From the sequence record MT811961.1: a stretch of DNA of 64,000 nucleotides. One strand, given 5' to 3'. The notes under the pieces were generated by a model. It searched no databases. It was not told the origin of the DNA and saw only the letters and a list, made by a program, of their open reading frames with translations. Made by a program: the position numbers and the translations under genes. Shown one piece after another: positions 38,540 to 46,975 of this stretch; position 1 is the first letter of the stretch; every line of letters begins with the position of its first letter.

Positions 38540-39553
38540 ATGAAAACTAAACTAATCACTTTCGTTAATGCAGTAAAAACAATGATCAAAAATATCTTTA
38601 CGGCAGTATCAACATTCTTCTTTGGCAGCAAAGAGGAAACATTTGTCGAAGTTGTGACATCTGAATGCTTTGAAGCAGAAGAAGAAATCATCGAAGAAGT
38701 TGTAGTCGAGGAAGTCTTCGAGGCCGTTAAGCCTGGATTTGAGCTGATGGTTGTAGAACAACCAAAGCCACATTCAGACTTTATTTACACTTACATGCTT
38801 GACTATAAAGGCCCTACTCTACAGGACCTTGCAGCTAATGCTCACGACGAGATCATGGGGTACCTAGATTCGGATATCATCCCTCGAGTTTTGATGGATG
38901 CTTGTCTTCACGACATTGCGACCGAAATGCGCACCAAGTATTTTTCTGAGCGCCGGTCACCAATCTGCCGCGGAGACGCAGGATGGGAAGCCACTATCAG
39001 GAATCTTGTTTCTAGTCTATTACCAGAAGATATGTTTGACATTGCAGTCTTTCACTGGGAAGTAGCCAATGAGTTTACTGCTCCCCCTGTTCGTTTCGTT
39101 CCGGTTCAAAAGGGCTTCGAGTTAGTGGTCCGCGAATCATCATTTGCCGATACGGCAGATAGAGCTGCCACGGAGATAGCTATCTGGGACAATGGACCAA
39201 CAGTCGAGCATTTAGAATGGATGTTTGGCAAGGTTGCCCGCTCGTACCACAAAGAGGAAATCCGTAAACTGATTGCGAGGGCCTATGTCTTCAAACATGT
39301 CAATGCGAGATTTCCGAAATATGATTTTTCCACCGAGGGTGTTTCTGATGCATCTTGGTTGGAAATAGAGTCTTCTATAGAGTTCTATGTCAAGTTAATC
39401 GAAGCCAGTGTCTCACAGAAAGAACTGGATGTCAAATTGGCAGAATTCGACGAGGCACATGCACTTCGTGCTGCCATATGTCTAGCACGACACCGCTACG
39501 AATTGCACTGTCTCTTAGAGCAAGAAGAAAAGGTGGTTCAGCTATTTGGCTGA
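38540..39553 (+). CDS. Hypothetical protein with amphipathic N-terminus and acidic stretch
   Basis: MKTKLITFVNAVKTMIKNIF resembles the N-terminus of 36971; EEEIIEEVVVEE. Confidence 0.7.
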   Translation: MKTKLITFVNAVKTMIKNIFTAVSTFFFGSKEETFVEVVTSECFEAEEEIIEEVVVEEVFEAVKPGFELMVVEQPKPHSDFIYTYMLDYKGPTLQDLAANAHDEIMGYLDSDIIPRVLMDACLHDIATEMRTKYFSERRSPICRGDAGWEATIRNLVSSLLPEDMFDIAVFHWEVANEFTAPPVRFVPVQKGFELVVRESSFADTADRAATEIAIWDNGPTVEHLEWMFGKVARSYHKEEIRKLIARAYVFKHVNARFPKYDFSTEGVSDASWLEIESSIEFYVKLIEASVSQKELDVKLAEFDEAHALRAAICLARHRYELHCLLEQEEKVVQLFG

Positions 39554-39576
39554 GCCTCCATTTGGAGAAATAGAAA

Positions 39577-40554
39577 ATGTTTATTACTGAATCAAAAATT
39601 CGTCACTTTATAGAACAAGGTAGACGAGAAGCAAATGCCGAGTATGTCCTGGCACTAGGCAAATTGCGTTCGTCCTTTACTAAAGAATTAATGCAGTTGC
39701 GACAAGACCATCATACATTAGAAACCACAAACGCCGGACTTCGTAATGACCTGGCCTTTGTTCGTGCGGACCTTTGTTCGTTACAGATGGATCAGTTTTT
39801 AAAAGAAGACGAACTGAAAAAGGTCGCTTTACGATGCCAACAGAAAGATGGTACAATCGCAAAGCTAGAAAAAACCAACAGCAAGATAGCTTCTGATCTA
39901 CGCATGGAAAGGTCGGCAAGGAAGGCCGCAGACGAAGAAAACGTTAATGCCGAACAAAAGATTTCCGAGTTAAGCGAACAGGATGACGAAAAGGATTCTA
40001 GACTGAAGGAACTTCAGGCACAGTTTGATAAAACCAGTCCAAACTTAGTTAAAGATACAGTTATCTTTGATACCTGTGCTTTAATCAATGGCCTTAGTGA
40101 CCAGAACAGTGCGGATACACTTGGCGGAGATATCAAATGGATGTTTAATCGCCTCATTGCGACTGGACATGAGATCATAATTCCTAAGTATGTTTACAAG
40201 GAACTTTATGGTTTGTCCAAGCAAACGGGGAATGTTTCTTTGGCGGGATTGGCCAAGGAGATGCTTGAACTAATCAATTCAAGCACACAAATCGCCGTCC
40301 CTGATTTTAAGATCAAATCAGGAAAACAAGAGGCCCTGGCCAAGAAGTATGGCGATCACCATAAAGACATCATGATTCGAGAGTACGTTCTGTCAATCTC
40401 AAAGGAAACTCCCGTTACCTTTGTCACCGATGACAAATTGCTGAGTCGTGACGTAGATGGCTGTTTTGCTACTGCTCTTGATGTGCGTGATCGTACTGGT
40501 GCGGTTCTTTCTGGACGACAACTTTACGAAATCGTTTTAAAGGAAGCAGCTTAA
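39577..40554 (+). CDS. Coiled-coil plus PIN-domain ribonuclease-like protein
   Basis: VIFDTCAL, IIIPKYVYKEL, KDIMI, FVTDDK: four acidic PIN residues; about 150-aa heptad N-terminus. Confidence 0.75.
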   Translation: MFITESKIRHFIEQGRREANAEYVLALGKLRSSFTKELMQLRQDHHTLETTNAGLRNDLAFVRADLCSLQMDQFLKEDELKKVALRCQQKDGTIAKLEKTNSKIASDLRMERSARKAADEENVNAEQKISELSEQDDEKDSRLKELQAQFDKTSPNLVKDTVIFDTCALINGLSDQNSADTLGGDIKWMFNRLIATGHEIIIPKYVYKELYGLSKQTGNVSLAGLAKEMLELINSSTQIAVPDFKIKSGKQEALAKKYGDHHKDIMIREYVLSISKETPVTFVTDDKLLSRDVDGCFATALDVRDRTGAVLSGRQLYEIVLKEAA

Positions 40555-40910
40555 TGCATGTAGATGATTCTGTCACTCCTCTCTGGATGGCGATCATCTT
40601 TTCTCCGGTTGTGTTCGGTTTGATCTATAATCTCTTTAGACCAAAGAAGAAGCAGCCGGAGATGTCAAAGAAAGATCTTGCTATTGCCAGAGATTTTAAA
40701 CTTCAAGCAATCCGCATATTCTGGGATTGTCTATCGGAAGGCGGTTCAATAAGTTCCGCCATATCTTTATTGCATCAGTACCATATCCAACACTGCTGTA
40801 TGTACCCTCATAATCGAGAAATTCAAAATTATCATGTCCAGACCGAAGTAGCCAAACTCACTCGTCGCTGGAATAAATCAAAAGGAAACCACTATGAAAA
40901 CTCTAACTAA
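40554..40910 (+). CDS. Small membrane-anchored protein
   Basis: TM PLWMAIIFSPVVFGLIYNLF then basic stretch. Confidence 0.65.
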   Translation: MHVDDSVTPLWMAIIFSPVVFGLIYNLFRPKKKQPEMSKKDLAIARDFKLQAIRIFWDCLSEGGSISSAISLLHQYHIQHCCMYPHNREIQNYHVQTEVAKLTRRWNKSKGNHYENSN

Positions 40911-41916
40911 ACTAGCTACCCTTGTTCTTGCGGCTACTTCATTCGCAGCTACTGCAAACGTACAAGAACTTAAAGATGCTCTACCTACTTTCTCATACCA
41001 ACACGAAGGCTACACAAAGAAAGAAGTAGAGAAGTTCTACTACACCGCTGCTCTTTGTACAGAAGCTGTTTGTGAGAATGGCAGTGATGACTACGTTGCT
41101 GCTTACCGCTTCAAAGAGTTTGTTGCTAGCCAGCGTCTTATTCGCACTATCTACCAGGATGCGTTCGCTGAGAAAGAAGGTCGCCGTCTTCGCAATCTTG
41201 CTTACCATGGCAAGGACTTTGAAATCCAAGAGAGCCTAAAAGACTTCAATCAAGACTTTGAGGGTGCGATGATCTTTTGGGAGGACGCAGGTTACCTGAT
41301 GGATGAAGGCTATCCAGTAAGTGACTTGATTGGCAAGTCAATCGAAAACCCATTCGGCACTCTTTACAATGCCGCTGTCGAAAACGAATATGCGTACATC
41401 GATGCATTGGAGCGTGTTGTTACTACCCAGCGCAATTCTCTTGTGATGCCTTACCATGTCAAGCTATCTAAAGCAGATGAATACATGTGTCAGTATGACT
41501 ATGCGACAGCAAGCACCGAAGAGAAGAAGGCTAAGAAAGAAGCATGTAATTGGATGCGTGATGCATTTAACTATCGCAAATCTAGCCTGGGTACAAACAA
41601 CGTCAAAATCGAAGTCATTGCGATCAGTAACTACTTCAAGGCTTTCAAGAAACACGACAAAGAAGCATATGAAGCACAGATCGTTAAACTGGCAGAAACA
41701 GTAGTTAAAGCAAAGCAAGCAATTGCAGAAGCTAAATACGCTGAGTTCCTAGCTTATCAAAACAGTGAAGCTGGTCAAGCAGTCATCGCCGAAGAGAAAG
41801 CTAAACAAGAAGCTTACCGCCAAGATCTAGAAGCTAAACGCAAAGCGCGCAAAGCAGCCGAACAATCTGGCAAACGTGCGTTCATCCCAACACAAATCGC
41901 ACAAGAACTTTACTAA
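40894..41916 (+). CDS. Secreted/periplasmic helical protein
   Basis: Signal peptide MKTLTKLATLVLAATSFAATA; GGAAACCACTATG leader. Confidence 0.75.
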   Translation: MKTLTKLATLVLAATSFAATANVQELKDALPTFSYQHEGYTKKEVEKFYYTAALCTEAVCENGSDDYVAAYRFKEFVASQRLIRTIYQDAFAEKEGRRLRNLAYHGKDFEIQESLKDFNQDFEGAMIFWEDAGYLMDEGYPVSDLIGKSIENPFGTLYNAAVENEYAYIDALERVVTTQRNSLVMPYHVKLSKADEYMCQYDYATASTEEKKAKKEACNWMRDAFNYRKSSLGTNNVKIEVIAISNYFKAFKKHDKEAYEAQIVKLAETVVKAKQAIAEAKYAEFLAYQNSEAGQAVIAEEKAKQEAYRQDLEAKRKARKAAEQSGKRAFIPTQIAQELY

Positions 41917-41944
41917 ACATTAACCAACCATAGAGAAACCAACT

Positions 41945-42187
41945 ATGAAGACCCTAATCAGCATTGCCCTAAAGCCTACACAACTAGCATGTATCATGGA
42001 AGAGAAAGATGGCACTCAGTACATCTATATCTGTAATGCTAAATGTCTTGTGCAGAAAACAAGCTCTGATCCTAAACGCCCATCTAAGTTCATGGCGACA
42101 ATTCAGATCTCTGATATTGCAAAGGCAATCAAATACATGGCCAAGTTAAACGAACGTGGTATCGAGCATTACCAGGCTCATTACTAA
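41945..42187 (+). CDS. Small hypothetical protein
   Basis: GAGAAACCAACTATG leader, 80 aa. Confidence 0.65.
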   Translation: MKTLISIALKPTQLACIMEEKDGTQYIYICNAKCLVQKTSSDPKRPSKFMATIQISDIAKAIKYMAKLNERGIEHYQAHY

Positions 42188-42192
42188 CAGTC

Positions 42193-42228
42193 ACTCACAA
42201 AGGGTTCTTACGAGAGCCCTTGATGAGT
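42193..42228 (+). other. CA/GA-internal-loop stem-loop element, copy C
   Basis: ACTCA-CA-AAGGGTTCT-tacg-AGAGCCCTT-GA-TGAGT. Confidence 0.8.
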
Positions 42229-42266
42229 CGCTGTGACTCGTAGATTAACTAACGGAGAATCCAACC

Positions 42267-42611
42267 ATGTCTACTCAAAACAAACTACGCGTAATCAAAA
42301 ACACTTTCCCTCGCATTCAATACTTCAACGAAACAACGGAAATCAACGCAGCATTGTTTAACTCTATCCGTCACTATGTGACAAAAGAACTGGGCGAAGC
42401 CTACGACGTAATCCTGCACGAAGGTACAGAATGGCTTGTATCTGATCACGTAGCAGTTCGCTTCCCATACGACATCACAGTCAATGATGTCAACCTAGTA
42501 ACCTCATGCGGTGGCTTTAAAGTCTACATCGGCGGCCAAGGTGGTACAGGTAAACGTGACGAGATTCGTCGCTACATTCAAAACATCGTCGTGCAAACTT
42601 TTGCCGACTAA
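42267..42611 (+). CDS. Small hypothetical protein
   Basis: GGAGAATCCAACCATG leader. Confidence 0.7.
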   Translation: MSTQNKLRVIKNTFPRIQYFNETTEINAALFNSIRHYVTKELGEAYDVILHEGTEWLVSDHVAVRFPYDITVNDVNLVTSCGGFKVYIGGQGGTGKRDEIRRYIQNIVVQTFAD

Positions 42612-42643
42612 CAACCAAACAAAATAAAAGAAGGAATTTTATT

Positions 42644-43000
42644 ATGAGTATTTTCGGCGCAGTATTATCAGTAGTTATTCTTGTTATCTTTGTAGTTGCA
42701 TTTATGCTTAAAGCAACATCACTAAATGACAAAGCATCGACCAACACAAAGACAGACCTAACTCTAGCATACAACAAAGCAGTAAGCATTGGTATCTGGG
42801 TAGGTAATGTACATGCACGCGATCTTCAAAAAGTTTTGAATCGCTGTAAATGTCTAAACAAAAGCCACATGGAATATGAGCTGCGTCGTGTACTTGTAAC
42901 TAGCCTTTGTAAAAACGAAGGTTTGTTTATTACAGGTGCAGACTTTGATACTGCTCTTGTTTCAGCTTACAACACAGTCCGTGCTCGTCACGGACTTTAA
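42644..43000 (+). CDS. Small membrane-anchored protein
   Basis: TM IFGAVLSVVILVIFVVAFML; AAGGA RBS. Confidence 0.7.
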   Translation: MSIFGAVLSVVILVIFVVAFMLKATSLNDKASTNTKTDLTLAYNKAVSIGIWVGNVHARDLQKVLNRCKCLNKSHMEYELRRVLVTSLCKNEGLFITGADFDTALVSAYNTVRARHGL

Positions 43001-43027
43001 CCCCAGCCAACCGAGGAGAAACCAACC

Positions 43028-43687
43028 ATGGCTAAACGAATGAAAATCTACATCGGCGACAAAGCCTTCTACCGTGTACGTGTTCACAACGATACCGAGA
43101 AGCTTCATACTGAACATGCACTTCCAGTTCGTCGTGCAATCAGTCTTCTCAGAAACACAGTTGTACCTGAAGAGGTAGCTACTACAGTAGAGCTTTCCGA
43201 CTTAGCTCGCCGTTGTGAGGATTACCGCGATGTCTGTAAAGGTCAATTCATGACCATCAATGCGGCACGTCTATTTGAAAGACAACTAACCTCAGTAGAA
43301 GATATCGTCATTCTAGAAAAGTCTCTAGCAATGACTATTTCTCATATCCGCAATATTGACAATGGCTATCCGTTATATGTCTGCTTCCACGATGAGTCAT
43401 ATTTCTTTGTATCCAAGTCAAAGCTAGTACCAGAAAACTTTAACTGTCGCGATCCATTGGCAGTTCATCACAACGGGCTAGAACAACTGGTTAACTCACT
43501 GATGAAAATCTACAATAAAGGCAAGCATTGTGGGACGCCACTTGCACAGTCTTCTCTTGACTTCATCTTAAAGTTAGTTAGTTACATACAAGATAAGATT
43601 GACGATGGTCAAACTTATACCCCAATCCAAGTTCGTCCTGAATATCTACAGCGACGAGAATTTCAAAAACAGCTAAATGCAGCGTAG
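43028..43687 (+). CDS. Hypothetical protein, NDxxK paralog family member 1
   Basis: VHNDTEKL and LTSVEDIVIL motifs shared with 45066 and 45726. Confidence 0.65.
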   Translation: MAKRMKIYIGDKAFYRVRVHNDTEKLHTEHALPVRRAISLLRNTVVPEEVATTVELSDLARRCEDYRDVCKGQFMTINAARLFERQLTSVEDIVILEKSLAMTISHIRNIDNGYPLYVCFHDESYFFVSKSKLVPENFNCRDPLAVHHNGLEQLVNSLMKIYNKGKHCGTPLAQSSLDFILKLVSYIQDKIDDGQTYTPIQVRPEYLQRREFQKQLNAA

Positions 43688-43726
43688 ACTACAGGAGATC
43701 TTCTAGCGAGGGTCTCCGATAATCTA
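43685..43726 (+). other. CA/GA-internal-loop stem-loop element, copy D
   Basis: TAGACTA-CA-GGAGATCTTC-tagc-GAGGGTCTCC-GA-TAATCTA. Confidence 0.8.
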
Positions 43727-43749
43727 TGTTATCATTGTGTCTATATCTC

Positions 43750-43757
43750 TATATAAC
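43750..43757 (+). promoter_or_regulatory. Early promoter core TATATAAC
   Basis: tatctcTATATAACcaatgtgaa. Confidence 0.8.
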
Positions 43758-43798
43758 CAATGTGAATCTATCCACCTGAAAGATAAAAGGAAACCACT

Positions 43799-43927
43799 AT
43801 GTCTTTTGAAACTACTTACGAACTAGAACAAGACATCACAAGCATCTTTGAAGAAGACGGCATCTACGATGACATCTCTAGTGATCTTCAATACGATGAC
43901 ATTCTTTACGCAGTACAAGAGGATTAA
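43799..43927 (+). CDS. 42-aa hyper-acidic peptide (missed by the ORF track)
   Basis: MSFETTYELEQDITSIFEEDGIYDDISSDLQYDDILYAVQED*; AAGGAAACCACTATG leader; stop 2 nt before the next ATG. Confidence 0.8.
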   Translation: MSFETTYELEQDITSIFEEDGIYDDISSDLQYDDILYAVQED

Positions 43928-43929
43928 CA

Positions 43930-44670
43930 ATGTGCCATCCTGTGTTTCCAGAAACAATGACACGTGATCTTTTAGAAGATGCAATGGCCATTGTCTATGG
44001 ACAAGAACTAAAACTAGCCTCGAAGCGCACGTTCTTTAAACGACATGAAAACGCCGAGGTTACTTGTCGCTGGCATGGAGACAAAACCGTTTCCATGGAG
44101 CGCCTCATTTACAGCATGGATGACAAACCTTCTCATGTCTGTGATGATTGCAATAAGTCAACAAAGCAAGGTCAGAATCTAACTGCAACAAAGATTCCAC
44201 CTGCTCTTGTTTATCAACGAGTAAACGGATGGGAAGTTGAATATCTCGACGATCGTCCTTTTATCATGGCACAGCCAAGATTGTTTCGTTGTCCTAAGCA
44301 TGGACTATTCCGTCAAGAACCTAACTTTATACTTGATCGAATTAAACGCAACGATACAACAGCATGCTCATGTCCTGTCTGTGCACTGCTGTACAACGAT
44401 CTTGTAGATCGCAAATACAAAAGCTGGCAGTCTAAGATCGAAAAGAATGTCGGCAAGAACAACATGGGCCAATTTCATAGTGACAATCCGAACTTTAAAT
44501 TCTTGGTATCGGGTCCTATGTTAGCAACCAAACGTTGTCCTAAACACGGCAAATATGACTTGACTCTTACTGAACTTATTCACGGTAAGACTTGTCCTAA
44601 ATGCACAACCGAGACTGGCCTACTTGGCTGGTTTAACACAACTTACCACTGGCGCAACAAATTCGCATAA
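43930..44670 (+). CDS. Multi-Zn-ribbon protein (CPKHG repeats, DUF723-like)
   Basis: CRWHG...CDDC, CPKHG...CPVC, CPKHG...CPKC. Confidence 0.6.
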   Translation: MCHPVFPETMTRDLLEDAMAIVYGQELKLASKRTFFKRHENAEVTCRWHGDKTVSMERLIYSMDDKPSHVCDDCNKSTKQGQNLTATKIPPALVYQRVNGWEVEYLDDRPFIMAQPRLFRCPKHGLFRQEPNFILDRIKRNDTTACSCPVCALLYNDLVDRKYKSWQSKIEKNVGKNNMGQFHSDNPNFKFLVSGPMLATKRCPKHGKYDLTLTELIHGKTCPKCTTETGLLGWFNTTYHWRNKFA

Positions 44671-44684
44671 TCGGAGAAACCATC

Positions 44685-44999
44685 ATGACTAAAGCAACAG
44701 ATCTAGTAGCAATCAAATACATTGGCCGTTACATCAAATGGAATGGCAACCAAACTGAAGTTCGTCCTGTAATGAAGACAAAGGATCGCGAAACACGTGA
44801 TCCTAAGACAGACAAGGTCACAGTTATTCCTGGTGTTCCATTGATCTCACTCGATGGTCCTTACACACGTCAAGAAGCAATGGACTTCCTAGCAATGCGT
44901 GCAAACGAAAACGCTAACTCTCCTAGCACATGGGAAATCGTAGAGCTATCTGCTATTCCTTTGCAAACTGACGTGACTGAGAACAACTGGCGCGGCTAA
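44685..44999 (+). CDS. Small hypothetical protein
   Basis: GGAGAAACCATCATG leader. Confidence 0.7.
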   Translation: MTKATDLVAIKYIGRYIKWNGNQTEVRPVMKTKDRETRDPKTDKVTVIPGVPLISLDGPYTRQEAMDFLAMRANENANSPSTWEIVELSAIPLQTDVTENNWRG

Positions 45000-45007
45000 A
45001 CCGAATT

Positions 45008-45050
45008 GCAGTCTCGCTTCGGCGAGGCTGCTTAATCATATTCTTTATTT
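45008..45050 (+). terminator. Probable terminator (UUCG loop)
   Basis: GCAGTCTCGC-ttcg-GCGAGGCTGC plus T-rich tail. Confidence 0.6.
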
Positions 45051-45065
45051 TTGGAAATCACTAAA

Positions 45066-45716
45066 ATGGCTATAGTAAAAAGACGTAGAGCAATTAACGA
45101 CTATATGCGCGATGGCATCGTAATCACAAAGATCTACTTTCAAAACGACTCTGAGAAAACTACCCGCAAATACAAAGACGATGGCCTTACTGGGTATATT
45201 GCCGAACTCGTATCAAAACATGTTGCTGTTAAAGGCCATCATGTGATCACAAGTACTGAAATTGAAGCGTGGGTGAAAAAGAATTACCCGCACCTCGGAC
45301 GCAAAGAAGTTACTCTTGTTAATCTTGCCTGTCGTATGAACAAAGAGATTACTTCTCTTGATGACTTTATTCTTGTTCCTCGTGGTACAATGGACTCTGA
45401 ACTAAAAGTCTTTCCAAGAGGGGACATTCCTCCATATGTCTTTCAGGACGAGCGAGGTTATTATCGCCTGAATAAAACAAAGATTATCGGTTCGATGTAT
45501 CATGGTAATAGTAAATGGGATTGTCATACACATGGCATGAAATACTTTATCCGTCATTTAGAAGACCTCGTTTACAAGGTCAATCTAACGCCACATGCTC
45601 GCTTGGGTATGATTCGATTCATCGAGTATCTTTGTGACCTACAAGAGAAGAAGCAATACTGGACTGGTCGCATCCATCGCTACGCGGCTATCAAGCACCA
45701 ACTAAAAGCACTATAG
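45066..45716 (+). CDS. Basic hypothetical protein, NDxxK paralog family member 2
   Basis: YFQNDSEKT and ITSLDDFILV motifs. Confidence 0.65.
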   Translation: MAIVKRRRAINDYMRDGIVITKIYFQNDSEKTTRKYKDDGLTGYIAELVSKHVAVKGHHVITSTEIEAWVKKNYPHLGRKEVTLVNLACRMNKEITSLDDFILVPRGTMDSELKVFPRGDIPPYVFQDERGYYRLNKTKIIGSMYHGNSKWDCHTHGMKYFIRHLEDLVYKVNLTPHARLGMIRFIEYLCDLQEKKQYWTGRIHRYAAIKHQLKAL

Positions 45717-45725
45717 GAAACCACT

Positions 45726-46355
45726 ATGTCTGTAATCAGAAACACCGAAACAAAAGTACTACTTGGCAATACTGTTCGCAAAGGCTACTTCAATAACGAC
45801 TCTGGCAAGACTCAAGCCCACCTAATGAAAACCGAACCGCTGGTAATGCGCATCGCAGAAGCCATCAAGAAACTAGGTTGGCTTGAAGGCACACATGAAC
45901 ACAAGTACAGCGAGATAAAAGAGTGGATTAACTTAAACTACTCTCATATCACCTGTACAAAAGATGTTCGTGTTAACTGTTGGATCATGCGTTTCAACCT
46001 CGTACCATCTCGACTCGATCACCTTATTGTTTTAAACAAAGCGGATTCTTATGCGTTCCGTCGTACGACTACACGTAGTAAAGAAGGCCTATATCGCCAA
46101 GACAGAAACTCTGATGTGTTTAATGTACAACCATCGGCAATCTTTCCGAAGCGCATCGTTACCACCAACCATGACGAAGGTTACGAGCGATGCGTATTGA
46201 TGTTGCGTAAATGGTACAAGTGCAAAATGATCGAAGCACCATGCCATCATAACCGCATGGTATTTGAAAACCTAGCGCGCCTGATCAAGAACTTGGTTAA
46301 TGCCAGAATGCCTATTCGAGCAGAAACCGCAGAGTGGCGCTATATTCCGAAATAA
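45726..46355 (+). CDS. Basic hypothetical protein, NDxxK paralog family member 3
   Basis: YFNNDSGKT and SRLDHLIVL motifs; GGAAACCACTATG leader. Confidence 0.65.
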   Translation: MSVIRNTETKVLLGNTVRKGYFNNDSGKTQAHLMKTEPLVMRIAEAIKKLGWLEGTHEHKYSEIKEWINLNYSHITCTKDVRVNCWIMRFNLVPSRLDHLIVLNKADSYAFRRTTTRSKEGLYRQDRNSDVFNVQPSAIFPKRIVTTNHDEGYERCVLMLRKWYKCKMIEAPCHHNRMVFENLARLIKNLVNARMPIRAETAEWRYIPK

Positions 46356-46369
46356 TAAGGACGGATAAT

Positions 46370-46528
46370 TTGTTAGCAATAGGTTCTTTAATGATCCTTT
46401 GTGTTGCCGTAGGTGGTGTTTTGTTAGCCAACCTACGCATCACTCCAGCACCAAAGCAAAAGCCTGTTGTCGTTAAGCAGGCTAAGTCTAACCCGACTAA
46501 GTACAAACGTATAGACATATTCTGTTAA
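46370..46528 (+). CDS. Small membrane protein (TTG start)
   Basis: AAGGA upstream of TTG 46370; TM then basic tail. Confidence 0.5.
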   Translation: MLAIGSLMILCVAVGGVLLANLRITPAPKQKPVVVKQAKSNPTKYKRIDIFC

Positions 46529-46569
46529 ATCGTTTGAATCTTTTAACTATTAATTACCAGGAGTCCATT

Positions 46570-46869
46570 ATGGAAGCTCAAGTTTACATTATCGTAGGTC
46601 TTGTATTTGCCCTACTCTTTGCATGTTGTGTTGCACGATACTTTTGGATGCAAGCAAAAGAAACTCAAATTACTAACGATGGCCTAGTGCTAGAACTGGG
46701 TCAGGTTGGTACCGAACTGACTGCAATTAAATCTGATCTGAGTTCGATTCATAAACAAGCCAGATTGCTACTGGTCGAACGCCACAAACTGAAAGCTCGA
46801 TTGCCTCGCATCCTGGGCAAAGAAAAAGCACATCAGGTAATGCAAGATTATCCTGTGCTCTTTAAGTAA
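46570..46869 (+). CDS. TM plus coiled-coil small protein
   Basis: GGAG RBS before ATG 46570; VYIIVGLVFALLFACCVA. Confidence 0.65.
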   Translation: MEAQVYIIVGLVFALLFACCVARYFWMQAKETQITNDGLVLELGQVGTELTAIKSDLSSIHKQARLLLVERHKLKARLPRILGKEKAHQVMQDYPVLFK

Positions 46870-46875
46870 CATACG

Positions 46876-46922
46876 CCTGTCGTCCTTCGGGACGGCAGGT
46901 AGTTCTCTTATTTTTCTTTTTT
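46876..46922 (+). terminator. Rho-independent terminator (UUCG loop)
   Basis: CCTGTCGTCC-ttcg-GGACGGCAGG plus T tracts. Confidence 0.8.
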
Positions 46923-46975
46923 ATCGTTTTGTCAAATCTTGTGTACGTACATTGCCATCTCAAAAGGAGAAAATC

